Assembly: GCA_052109075.1 (NCBI GenBank)
Contig: JBQEAN010000004.1
Span: 15,692-79,691 of the forward strand
From: Alcaligenes sp.
GTDB lineage: Bacteria; Pseudomonadota; Gammaproteobacteria; Burkholderiales; Burkholderiaceae_B
Length of the DNA stretch: 64,000 nucleotides
Direction: 5' to 3'
A model generated the notes under the pieces. The model did no database searches. It was given only the letters and a program-made list of their open reading frames with translations, and was not told where the DNA came from. Both the position numbers and the translations under genes were made by a program. Shown here one piece after another: positions 38,454-47,220 of the stretch (within the stretch, counting starts at the first letter, position 1; each line of letters opens with the position of its first letter).

Positions 38454-39242
38454 ATGACTGAACCGGTGCGTAGCCCCATGGCCGTCACCTGGTCGGTTTG
38501 GCGGGCTTTGCTTTTGCGAGAGTCTTTGGACCGTCTGTTTGACATGCGGGCGGCGTGGTTTTGGTTGTTGATGGAGCCGGTGCTGCATATCAGCTTCATC
38601 ACATTTATTTTTACAGTGATTCGCTTACGTACGGTTGGTGGTATTGACTCCTCAATTTGGATTGTGGTGGGGATGCTGGCCTTTTTCACGTTTCGGCGTA
38701 CCGCTATTCAAGTGATGTATGCAGTGGATAGCAATAAGCCGTTATTTGCTTATCGCCAGGTTCAGCCTTTTGACACCTCTGTTGCACGGGGGGTACTAGA
38801 GGCGTTCCTGATGGTATTAGTGACTTCGGTGATTCTTACAGGGGTGGCACTGCTCGGGCACGATATACGACCTGATGACCCTATCCAGGTTGTGATAGCT
38901 CTCTTTGGTTTGTGGCTGTTTGGTATGGGGTACGGATTAATTGCTTCTGTTCTTATAGCGCTAGTGCGGGAGACAGAGCACATTTTGAAAATTATGATGA
39001 TGCCGTTGTATCTTATTTCCGGCGTCATTATGCCTATCTCGGCGGTGCCTCAGCCATACCGCGACTTATTATTGTTTAACCCTTTAGTTCACGGGTTGGA
39101 GTTGGTGCGGCAGGGTTTTTCCAGCTACTACCACGTGGTGGCTGGTATCAGCATGGCGTACTTATATGCTTGGGGCGTAGTGAGTCTCTTTCTTGGCTTG
39201 CTATTGTACCGGCGCTTCACTCAACAGTTGGTGATGAAATGA
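38454..39242 (+). CDS. kpsM: Capsule ABC transporter permease
   Basis: ALLLRE, WLLMEP, LFAYRQVQPFD and NPLVHGLEL, with 6 TM helices. Confidence 0.93.
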   Translation: MTEPVRSPMAVTWSVWRALLLRESLDRLFDMRAAWFWLLMEPVLHISFITFIFTVIRLRTVGGIDSSIWIVVGMLAFFTFRRTAIQVMYAVDSNKPLFAYRQVQPFDTSVARGVLEAFLMVLVTSVILTGVALLGHDIRPDDPIQVVIALFGLWLFGMGYGLIASVLIALVRETEHILKIMMMPLYLISGVIMPISAVPQPYRDLLLFNPLVHGLELVRQGFSSYYHVVAGISMAYLYAWGVVSLFLGLLLYRRFTQQLVMK

Positions 39243-39901
39243 TCATCGTCAATGATGTTTATAAGCGATATAAGACTGCGCATGGTGTGGGTAGATGGGT
39301 TTTGGAGGGAATCAACTTAACGATTCCTCCTAAAGTAAACGTGGGCTTAATCGGCTCTAATGGAGCCGGTAAATCCACTTTGCTACGTTTGATTGGTGGG
39401 GTGGATCATCCTAATAAAGGAACGGTTCAGCGTTTGTGCCGGGTGTCGTGGCCTATGGGGAATGGGGGGCTGGAAGGCACTTTAACCGGGCGTCAAAACG
39501 CCAAGTTTGTCTGCCGCGTGCATGGGCATCAGGAGGATCTAGCCGATCGCCTGGCTTTTATTAAGGATTTTTCCGAGCTAGGCCAGGCCTTTGAGGAACC
39601 GATTTATACCTACTCCTCGGGCATGCGCTCCCGTCTCCAGTTTGCCTTGTCCTTTGCCTTCAATTTTGATGTGTATATCTCGGATGAGGTTACCGCAGCT
39701 GGCGACGCCGCTTTTCGTAAGAAAGCCGCAGACGCGTTTAGAACCATGACGGATCGTGCAGGCCTGATTATGGTCGCGCACGATAACAAAACTTTAAGAC
39801 AATTTTGCCAGGCTGGCGTCTGGCTGCATAAAGGGAAAGCGCACTGGTTTGACCAGATTGATGACGCGCTTAATGCCTACAAGGATTCACTTCCAAAATG
39901 A
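39239..39901 (+). CDS. kpsT: Capsule ABC transporter ATPase
   Basis: Walker A GSNGAGKST, signature YSSGM and DEVTAAGD. No C-terminal carbohydrate-binding extension. ATGA overlap with kpsM. Confidence 0.95.
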   Translation: MIIVNDVYKRYKTAHGVGRWVLEGINLTIPPKVNVGLIGSNGAGKSTLLRLIGGVDHPNKGTVQRLCRVSWPMGNGGLEGTLTGRQNAKFVCRVHGHQEDLADRLAFIKDFSELGQAFEEPIYTYSSGMRSRLQFALSFAFNFDVYISDEVTAAGDAAFRKKAADAFRTMTDRAGLIMVAHDNKTLRQFCQAGVWLHKGKAHWFDQIDDALNAYKDSLPK

Positions 39902-41088
39902 CAGATACACCTCAAGTCACTCCGCAAGCCAATAGCACCGCTTCAGACAAGCCCATCTCTACACAGCCTACGTTTTTAACGCGTGTCCGTTCCTGGTTCT
40001 CTTTGCGGCTATTTGATCATGCGGTACGTGTGATTCTAGTCTTGGCTATTTTGACGACTGCTTATTGGTTGGTGTTTGCGTCAGATCGCTATGTCTCTGA
40101 AGCCAATGTCATTATCCGCAAAACAGACTCGGTCGGGGCGCCTTCATTTGACTTGGGAATGTTGGTGTCTGGTGTAGCCTCTGTCGATCGAGCTAATCAG
40201 CTATTACTGCGTGACTATTTGTTGTCCGTGGATATGCTCAAAAAGCTCGATCAGGCCTTGGATTTACGCACGCACTACAGTTCTTCAGAGCATGATTTTG
40301 TGTCGAGGATGTGGTTTCAAGATACCTCGATGGAGTGGTTCCACCGTCATTATTTACGTCGTGTAGAGGTTGAGTTTGACGAGTTTTCGGGTGTGCTGCG
40401 CATTAAGGTGCAGGCCTATAACCCCGAGTTGGCGCAAGCTATTACGCAGCAATTGGTTCAGGAAGGTGAGCGTTATATGAACGTGCTGGGCCATGAAATG
40501 GCCCAAGTTCAGGTGAATTTTCTGGTAACTCAGGTTGATCAAGCTCAGGAGCGTTTCCAAAAAGCCAGTCAAGCCTTGTTGAATTATCAGAACGAGGCAG
40601 GGCTGCTTTCACCCCAGGCGACGGCAGAAAGTATCAATGCAATTGTTGCCGCTTTAGAGGGGCAGCGAGCTCAGCTGCAGACCCAACTTGCCTCTTTGCC
40701 TAAGTCTTTGGATCGTGATCATCCCAATATTTTGATGCTCAAGCAGTCTTTGAAAGCCGTAGACGAGCAAATTAAGCAGGAAAAACTCAAGTTGGCTACG
40801 CCATCAGGCGGGACCTTGAATAAGTTTGTGGAAGAGTTTTATCGCTTGGACATGAATGTCAAGTTCACTCAAGAGCTATACAAGTCATCGTTGACCGCTT
40901 TGGAAAAAGGCAGGATTGATGCTACCCGGATGCTGGAGAAGGTGTCCGTGCTGCAGTCACCCACTTTGCCTGAGTACCCGATTGAGCCGCGGCGTCTTTA
41001 CAACACATTGGTTACGTTACTACTGGCCTTGATGTTGGCGGGGATTCTGAAGTTGCTCAAGAGCATCGTGCTGGACCATGTGGATTAA
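39898..41088 (+). CDS. kpsE: Capsule export inner-membrane co-polymerase (PCP-3; KpsE/WcbD)
   Basis: Two terminal TM helices, ASDRYVSEA, DYLLS.DM, a coiled coil, and P.LPEYP.EPRR. Confidence 0.92.
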   Translation: MTDTPQVTPQANSTASDKPISTQPTFLTRVRSWFSLRLFDHAVRVILVLAILTTAYWLVFASDRYVSEANVIIRKTDSVGAPSFDLGMLVSGVASVDRANQLLLRDYLLSVDMLKKLDQALDLRTHYSSSEHDFVSRMWFQDTSMEWFHRHYLRRVEVEFDEFSGVLRIKVQAYNPELAQAITQQLVQEGERYMNVLGHEMAQVQVNFLVTQVDQAQERFQKASQALLNYQNEAGLLSPQATAESINAIVAALEGQRAQLQTQLASLPKSLDRDHPNILMLKQSLKAVDEQIKQEKLKLATPSGGTLNKFVEEFYRLDMNVKFTQELYKSSLTALEKGRIDATRMLEKVSVLQSPTLPEYPIEPRRLYNTLVTLLLALMLAGILKLLKSIVLDHVD

Positions 41089-41112
41089 GAACACTATCAG
41101 GGGAAGTAGATA

Positions 41113-42351
41113 ATGGCCGTTTCGCCCGTTCAGGTGGATCAGCCTGGCAATGTGTCTATGGATGGATGCATGCAGGCTTTACAGGACGAAAATCAGTTGT
41201 TATTGGACCAGCTGCATATTGTGCAAACCGAATTAGAGCGTTTGCACTATCGGGAGCAAGCGCACGCTCTGCCATCGACGATTATTCACATAGCGTCAGT
41301 GGACAATTTGCTGGTTGAAAAGCAGGCAGAGATTCTTCGCTATGAGGCCCTGGTTAAAGCACAAGGCGAAGTCCATGTTTTGCAGACGCAATTTGCATTG
41401 GCCAGCCAACTGGGTGAAATCCTGATCCAGGGTACTCATTCGGTCGGCGCTATGTTGTCTTTGCCGAATCGTTTGTTGAAGGTCTGGAAGCAGAACCGAC
41501 GTGAGGTACCTCCTAAGGAGTTGGGAGGGAAGCAGTTCGGAAAAGTGATAGATGCTTTCAAGGATGGAGGAGAGGAGATGGTAGAGGCCCTGCTGACCCG
41601 AGCCGCAGTATCTACCACGATTCAAGCGAGCGCCTGGACTGCTCTGGCTAGGGGACAGATGCAAACGAGTGCAGCAGCTGCTGCTAAGTTTGCACGCCGG
41701 GCTTACGCATTAGAACCTCGGTCGTTTAGGCAAAAATGGCTTGCTTTCCGTCTACATGAAGCTGGAGATCTATTAGAGGCAGAGGCTCTGGCTGCTTTGC
41801 TTCCAGATGGTGTCGGATTTAGTGAGTCGGAAGGACGCCAGCTTAATCGTCTTAAGGATGAAGCAAAACAGGATCGGCTTTATCGGGCGCGCAACGCTCT
41901 TGGGCATGCTGAGCGTGAAAATCAAGTACGGCATCAGTGGAATGAGTTGGCGGCCTCGCGTGATCAATTGGCCGTACAAGTTGCTTTGCAGTCTAAAAAA
42001 CTGACGGCTGCTCAGGGAACTGTCAACAAACTGCAACAAGAAAAGGCTGCAATGGGTTTGACTGTGCAGCAAGAGCAGCAGGCTTTGCTGCAGGCTCAAG
42101 CTTTGATGGCTTCCCTTCAAAAAGAAGGTGAGGAGCAAAAAGCGCTGGTTCAACAATGGTTTGAACAATGTACAACGCTTCAGTTTGGGGTGGCTGAGTT
42201 GACTCGATCCCGTAATGAGCAGGCGAGTCTGGCGGCCGAGCGGCTTGTTGAGCGTGAAGCACTAAAGCAGGAGTTGTCCGAGTTAGTTGCAAAACAGGGC
42301 GGGCGTGTTTCACCTAGAAGTCGAAAGCGTAGCCAAGATAGGAAGCGGTGA
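41113..42351 (+). CDS. Capsule-locus coiled-coil/TPR-like protein of unknown function
   Basis: N-terminal ENQLLLDQLHIVQTELE motif, central TPR-like helices, a long Gln/Glu-rich heptad region and a basic tail. Confidence 0.7.
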   Translation: MAVSPVQVDQPGNVSMDGCMQALQDENQLLLDQLHIVQTELERLHYREQAHALPSTIIHIASVDNLLVEKQAEILRYEALVKAQGEVHVLQTQFALASQLGEILIQGTHSVGAMLSLPNRLLKVWKQNRREVPPKELGGKQFGKVIDAFKDGGEEMVEALLTRAAVSTTIQASAWTALARGQMQTSAAAAAKFARRAYALEPRSFRQKWLAFRLHEAGDLLEAEALAALLPDGVGFSESEGRQLNRLKDEAKQDRLYRARNALGHAERENQVRHQWNELAASRDQLAVQVALQSKKLTAAQGTVNKLQQEKAAMGLTVQQEQQALLQAQALMASLQKEGEEQKALVQQWFEQCTTLQFGVAELTRSRNEQASLAAERLVEREALKQELSELVAKQGGRVSPRSRKRSQDRKR

Positions 42352-42513
42352 GATCGCCACGGGTGATATCACTGGGACCAGAGGTGAGGGCGCTTTCCAG
42401 TTTTGTGTTTCTCAGCAGGGCGTAACGCGAGCATTTGGGGTGTGAAATGCCGGTTTGGTCAGGCGGGATACCTGTTTGATTGTTGATCTTTTTGAGGACA
42501 ATAAGGTTTAGTA

Positions 42514-43635
42514 ATGAAGATTTTGACTGTATTTGGTACCCGCCCCGAGGCCATCAAGATGGCTCCTGTGGTCAAGGCTCTGGCTGCCGACTCTGCATTT
42601 GAGGCGCGTGTTTGCGTGACGGGTCAGCACCGCCAGATGCTGGATCAGGTTCTGGATATTTTTTCCATCAAGCCTGATTTTGACTTGAACCTGATGAAAC
42701 CTGGTCAGGATCTGTACGACATTACCAGTAACGTACTGTTGGGTATGCGCGATGTGTACAAACAGTGGCAGCCAGACATGATTCTGGTGCATGGAGACAC
42801 GACTACCACAATGGCAGCTGCGTTATCGGCGTACTACTCAAAGATTAAGGTTGGGCACGTAGAAGCAGGTCTGCGTACTCACAACAAGTACTCGCCTTGG
42901 CCTGAAGAGATGAATCGCCGCCAAGCTGGCGTTCTGGCTGATGTGCACTTTGCTCCAACCGAGCAATCACAGTCGCATTTGTTGCGTGAAGGAGTGGATC
43001 CTAAAACGGTGCATATCACGGGCAATACCGTAATTGATGCGCTGTTGGATGTAACCGCACGCGTACGCCAAGACTCGGAATTGCGCAGCCGTTTTGAAGC
43101 GCAATTCTCTTTTGTCAATCCAGCCAAACGCTTGGTTCTGGTGACGGGGCATCGTCGTGAGAACTTTGGTTCTGGGTTTGAAAACATCTGCTTGGCTTTG
43201 CGCCAGATTGCCTCGCGTGGTGATGTGCAGGTGGTATATCCCGTGCACTTGAATCCAAATGTTCAGGAACCAGTACGTCGTATCTTATCGGATGTTTCCG
43301 ATGTTCATTTGATCGAGCCACTGGATTATTTGCCCTTTGTTTACTTGATGGATCGTTGTGATCTTTTGGTAACGGACTCCGGGGGCATTCAAGAAGAGGC
43401 ACCTTCTTTGGGTAAGCCGGTATTGGTAATGCGAGACACCACTGAGCGCCCAGAGGCCGTGGATGCAGGAACGGTACGTTTGGTAGGGACAGAGACGCAA
43501 GCCATTGTCAGCGCTGCCACGCAGCTGCTGGACGACGCTGCTGAATATGAGCGTATGGCGCGGGCGCACAATCCCTATGGCGACGGCAAGGCCGCTACCC
43601 GCATTGGTGAAATTTTAAAAACTTTGATCTATTGA
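42514..43635 (+). CDS. wecB: UDP-N-acetylglucosamine 2-epimerase (non-hydrolysing)
   Basis: [37 protein letters not shown] and NPYGDG. Confidence 0.97.
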   Translation: MKILTVFGTRPEAIKMAPVVKALAADSAFEARVCVTGQHRQMLDQVLDIFSIKPDFDLNLMKPGQDLYDITSNVLLGMRDVYKQWQPDMILVHGDTTTTMAAALSAYYSKIKVGHVEAGLRTHNKYSPWPEEMNRRQAGVLADVHFAPTEQSQSHLLREGVDPKTVHITGNTVIDALLDVTARVRQDSELRSRFEAQFSFVNPAKRLVLVTGHRRENFGSGFENICLALRQIASRGDVQVVYPVHLNPNVQEPVRRILSDVSDVHLIEPLDYLPFVYLMDRCDLLVTDSGGIQEEAPSLGKPVLVMRDTTERPEAVDAGTVRLVGTETQAIVSAATQLLDDAAEYERMARAHNPYGDGKAATRIGEILKTLIY

Positions 43636-43649
43636 TTCGGAAAATCAGC

Positions 43650-44912
43650 ATGTTTGAAACTTTATCCATGATCGGCTTGGGCTATATCGGCCTGCCTACC
43701 GCAACATTATTTGCCTCCCGCCGTAAGACGGTAATTGGCGTAGATGTGAACCCTCACGCGGTCGACACGATCAATCAAGGCAGGATCCACATTGTTGAAC
43801 CTGAGCTGGATATGTTGGTGCAAGCCGCGGTGCATGGCGGCTACTTGCGCGCCACTTTGACGCCCGAGGCGGCTGATGCTTTTTTGATTGCAGTCCCTAC
43901 CCCATTTTTGGAAGGCAATAAACCAGATTTGAGCTATATCGAACAAGCGGCTCAAGCTATTGCGCCTGTCTTGGTTAAAGGCAATCTGGTTATTTTGGAA
44001 TCCACTTCGCCTGTCGGCACGACAGAGCAGATGGCGCAGTGGCTGGCAGAGGCTCGTCCAGATCTAAGCTTCCCTCAGCAAGCGGGTGAGGAGGCTGATA
44101 TTCAGGTGGCTTATTGCCCAGAACGTGTTCTGCCAGGACGTGTAGTGCACGAACTGGTCAGCAATGACCGCGTGATCGGTGGTATGACGCAAAAAGCAAC
44201 CGAAATGGCGATCGAGCTGTACAGAATCTTCGTTGAAGGTGATCTGGTACCGACTAACGCGCGTACGGCTGAAATGTGCAAGCTGACGGAAAATAGTTTC
44301 CGTGATGTGAACATCGCGTTTGCCAATGAGTTGTCTCTGATTTGTGATCGCTTGAATATTAATGTGTGGGAACTGATCAGCCTGGCTAATCGTCACCCAC
44401 GCGTTAGTATTTTGCAGCCCGGTGCCGGGGTGGGTGGTCACTGTATCGCCGTGGATCCTTGGTTTATCGTCGATAAAACGCCTGAGGAAGCTCGTATTGT
44501 TCGCTTGGCTCGTGAGATCAATGACTACAAGCCTGAATGGGTTGTAGAGAAGGTCAAAGCTGCTATTGCTGGAGTCTTGTCTTTGCGCCCCGATGCTCGT
44601 ATGGCAGATATTAAAGTTGCATGCCTAGGCTTGGCTTTCAAACCAGATATCGATGATTTACGTGAGAGCCCTGCCGTTGGTATAGCTAAGAAGATCGCTA
44701 CTCTGGGATGCAAAGTCAGCGCGGTAGAACCCAATATTCAAGACTTACCCGTCAAGCTGCAGGGCATGGGTATTGAGTTATCAGCCTTAGGAAGTGCTTT
44801 GGCTAATGCTGATGTCGTCTGCATCATGGTGAAACATCGTCCGTTCATCGAGCAAACTGCAGAAATTCGTAAACATGCCCAATGTATTGATGTTGTTGGG
44901 CTGTTTGATTAA
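43650..44912 (+). CDS. wecC: UDP-N-acetyl-D-mannosamine dehydrogenase
   Basis: GLGYIGLP, YCPERVLPG, GVGGHCIAVDPWF and FKPDIDDLRESP. It follows wecB. Confidence 0.93.
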   Translation: MFETLSMIGLGYIGLPTATLFASRRKTVIGVDVNPHAVDTINQGRIHIVEPELDMLVQAAVHGGYLRATLTPEAADAFLIAVPTPFLEGNKPDLSYIEQAAQAIAPVLVKGNLVILESTSPVGTTEQMAQWLAEARPDLSFPQQAGEEADIQVAYCPERVLPGRVVHELVSNDRVIGGMTQKATEMAIELYRIFVEGDLVPTNARTAEMCKLTENSFRDVNIAFANELSLICDRLNINVWELISLANRHPRVSILQPGAGVGGHCIAVDPWFIVDKTPEEARIVRLAREINDYKPEWVVEKVKAAIAGVLSLRPDARMADIKVACLGLAFKPDIDDLRESPAVGIAKKIATLGCKVSAVEPNIQDLPVKLQGMGIELSALGSALANADVVCIMVKHRPFIEQTAEIRKHAQCIDVVGLFD

Positions 44913-44940
44913 TAGGCAGTGAGCTTTTGGTTTTAAGATT

Positions 44941-44975
44941 AATTAAATCGGCCTACATAGGCCGATTTAATTTTT
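44941..44975 (+). terminator. Strong hairpin/terminator inside the capsule locus
   Basis: Perfect 15-bp inverted repeat AATTAAATCGGCCTA-CA-TAGGCCGATTTAATT followed by TTT. Confidence 0.75.
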
Positions 44976-45006
44976 AGTATTAATTGAATCGGGGTAGTGG
45001 ATTATT

Positions 45007-47217
45007 ATGAATCCAGCAAATGTTCAAAAAGCTTTAGACGCATTTTTACGGGCAGATTATTCAGCTGCAATTAAAATATATCGGGAGCTGGGTACATTGC
45101 TTGGTGAGCAGTATTTCAAAGCAAATATAGAGATTTGCCATGCTCGCCTTGGCCAGAGTGAGGCTGGAGCTAGTTCTGTTGTTGATGTTGTTGTTGAAAA
45201 TGTTAATAGTAAAGAAGGTATAGCGAAGAAAAAGAAAAAAGAAAATCCTGCTTCGTTGGATTGGCGTGGCCATATGGAGCTTTCTAGGAAAGATCCTGTG
45301 TGGTACGTTTTGTCCGTTAAGGAAGGTGCAGAGCTACGGGTAGAAGTTTCAGCGGATTATTATGAGACTGACGAGAAAAATAGAAAAGCTGTGTTTTTGT
45401 TAAAAGGATTTGATAAAAAGGGAAATGAAGTCGATGAGAGTTTTGGGAAGATGGCAAAGTCTAGTCATCTTCAGGCTAGATTTAAGTATCTCCCTGCTAC
45501 GTTCGGAAAAAGACAACAGGTACACACATTCATAGTTCCTGATGGGGTTGTAGAAATGCATCTCGGATTATGTGGATTCAATCTTCAAAAAAATGAAAAG
45601 GTTTTCGTTGACAGCGTTAAGGTTAAGGAAAAACGAGCAAAGGGTAAACAGGAGGATTTTGTCCCTCCTAGCGAACTAGCCGCTGAAATTAGCATACTGG
45701 GATGGCCTGAGTACCCCGATAATGGAAAGCCTTATGTGCTAGGAGTAATGGATGAATTTACAGCCGGATGTTTTGAGCAGGATCTGAATCTCATTCAACC
45801 TAGGCCAGATAATTGGTATGCTCTTTTGGAAAAATACAAACCAGAGTTGATTTTTATTGAAAGTGCATGGAAGGGGAATTACGGGAGTTGGCAATATAGA
45901 GTTGCAGAGTATTCTAATAAGCCTGGGCAAGAAGTTGCTCAGCTTTGCAGCTATGCCCGTGAGAAGGGGATACCAACTGTATTTTGGAATAAAGAAGATC
46001 CCGTTCATCATGACAAATTCATGTGTAGCGCTAAGCTAGTCGATGGGATCTTCACTACTGACGCAAATATGAAAGAATCATATTTCCGTAAAACAGGTAA
46101 TCCTAATATTCACGCACTTCCCTTTGCCGCCCAGCCAGCGCTGCATCGACCAGCGCCATTAAATGGGCGGAAGCAGAAATTGTGCTTTGCGGGAAGCTGG
46201 TATGGAAATCGACATGCAGAGCGAGGCCAGTCCATGCGTTGGCTTTTGGAAACTGCTAATCAGTACGATCTGGATATTTATGATCGCAATCATGGTACGG
46301 GGGTTTTCCCCTTTCCGGATGAATTCCAGAAAGGAATCAAAGGGAGCTTGCCCTATAAAGCACTTTGTGAGGAATACAATCGCTATCGTGCATTCCTAAA
46401 TGTGAACTCGGTGGTCGATTCTCCTACAATGTTCTCGCGCCGTGTCTTTGAGCTGATGGCTTGCGGCACCCCTATTGTGAGCACCTATGCCAAGGGGATT
46501 GAGAATCTGTTTGAGTCCGATGCTGTTTGGCTAGTTCGTAATCGTGAGGAAGCTCAAGAAGCGATTCATACATTAATGACTAATGATGCAGAGTGGCGCC
46601 GTCGGAGTTTGGCTGGGATTAGAGAAGTGTTTGCAAAGCATACTTATGCACATCGGCTGAACACTATCTTTACTCATCTGAATGCTGCGACGCGTTTGCC
46701 TACGGATCCACCTGTGATGTTGTTCGCAAAAGCCAATAACTCAGAAGCCATGGGAGCGTTGGTGAAGTTTGCCAAGGAACAGGAGTATCGCCAATTTGTT
46801 CTGGGCATTGAGTGCTCGCCAAGTGCTGCAACCAATTTCAGCGATATTGACGAGAGTATCGTGGTTTTGAGCCCAGGAGGCCATGCCTCTTGGGCGCAGG
46901 AACAGGGGGCAGCTTATCCAATCATGGGGTGGATTGGGAGCGGGCACTGGTACGGACCGCATTATTTGCGAGATTTGGCCAATGCTAGTCTTTATGAACC
47001 CGGGCTTGCTGGATGGGCGAAGGCGATTGGACAGGACCGTTTTAGTGCTGGTGGTGAGGCTGATTTATGCTCAGTCTTATGGCGTTCCAAGGAGTTCTTG
47101 GCTGTCTATATAAACGCTCAGCCGGACGGCAGTGTGAATCGGGATGATCTGTATTTTGTTGATAGTGATCAGCTTGTATTGAATGGTGCTGCCTCGCAGG
47201 CAATGGTGGGAGTGTAA
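45007..47217 (+). CDS. Multidomain glycosyltransferase: TPR-like start, beta-rich module, CgeB/DUF3880-type GT-B domain, C-terminal GT-A-like remnant
   Basis: IESAW.GN, PTVFWNKEDP, FTTD, LNVNSV.DSPTMFSRRVFE and HTYAHRL. It is a paralogue of 55516-56604. Confidence 0.75.
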   Translation: MNPANVQKALDAFLRADYSAAIKIYRELGTLLGEQYFKANIEICHARLGQSEAGASSVVDVVVENVNSKEGIAKKKKKENPASLDWRGHMELSRKDPVWYVLSVKEGAELRVEVSADYYETDEKNRKAVFLLKGFDKKGNEVDESFGKMAKSSHLQARFKYLPATFGKRQQVHTFIVPDGVVEMHLGLCGFNLQKNEKVFVDSVKVKEKRAKGKQEDFVPPSELAAEISILGWPEYPDNGKPYVLGVMDEFTAGCFEQDLNLIQPRPDNWYALLEKYKPELIFIESAWKGNYGSWQYRVAEYSNKPGQEVAQLCSYAREKGIPTVFWNKEDPVHHDKFMCSAKLVDGIFTTDANMKESYFRKTGNPNIHALPFAAQPALHRPAPLNGRKQKLCFAGSWYGNRHAERGQSMRWLLETANQYDLDIYDRNHGTGVFPFPDEFQKGIKGSLPYKALCEEYNRYRAFLNVNSVVDSPTMFSRRVFELMACGTPIVSTYAKGIENLFESDAVWLVRNREEAQEAIHTLMTNDAEWRRRSLAGIREVFAKHTYAHRLNTIFTHLNAATRLPTDPPVMLFAKANNSEAMGALVKFAKEQEYRQFVLGIECSPSAATNFSDIDESIVVLSPGGHASWAQEQGAAYPIMGWIGSGHWYGPHYLRDLANASLYEPGLAGWAKAIGQDRFSAGGEADLCSVLWRSKEFLAVYINAQPDGSVNRDDLYFVDSDQLVLNGAASQAMVGV

Positions 47218-47220
47218 ATA

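Noticed and set aside
42300-42513. Possible frameshifted continuation of the 41113 coiled-coil gene into a GT domain
   Set aside because: Only 162 bp remain before wecB and they hold no plus-strand ORF or GT motif.
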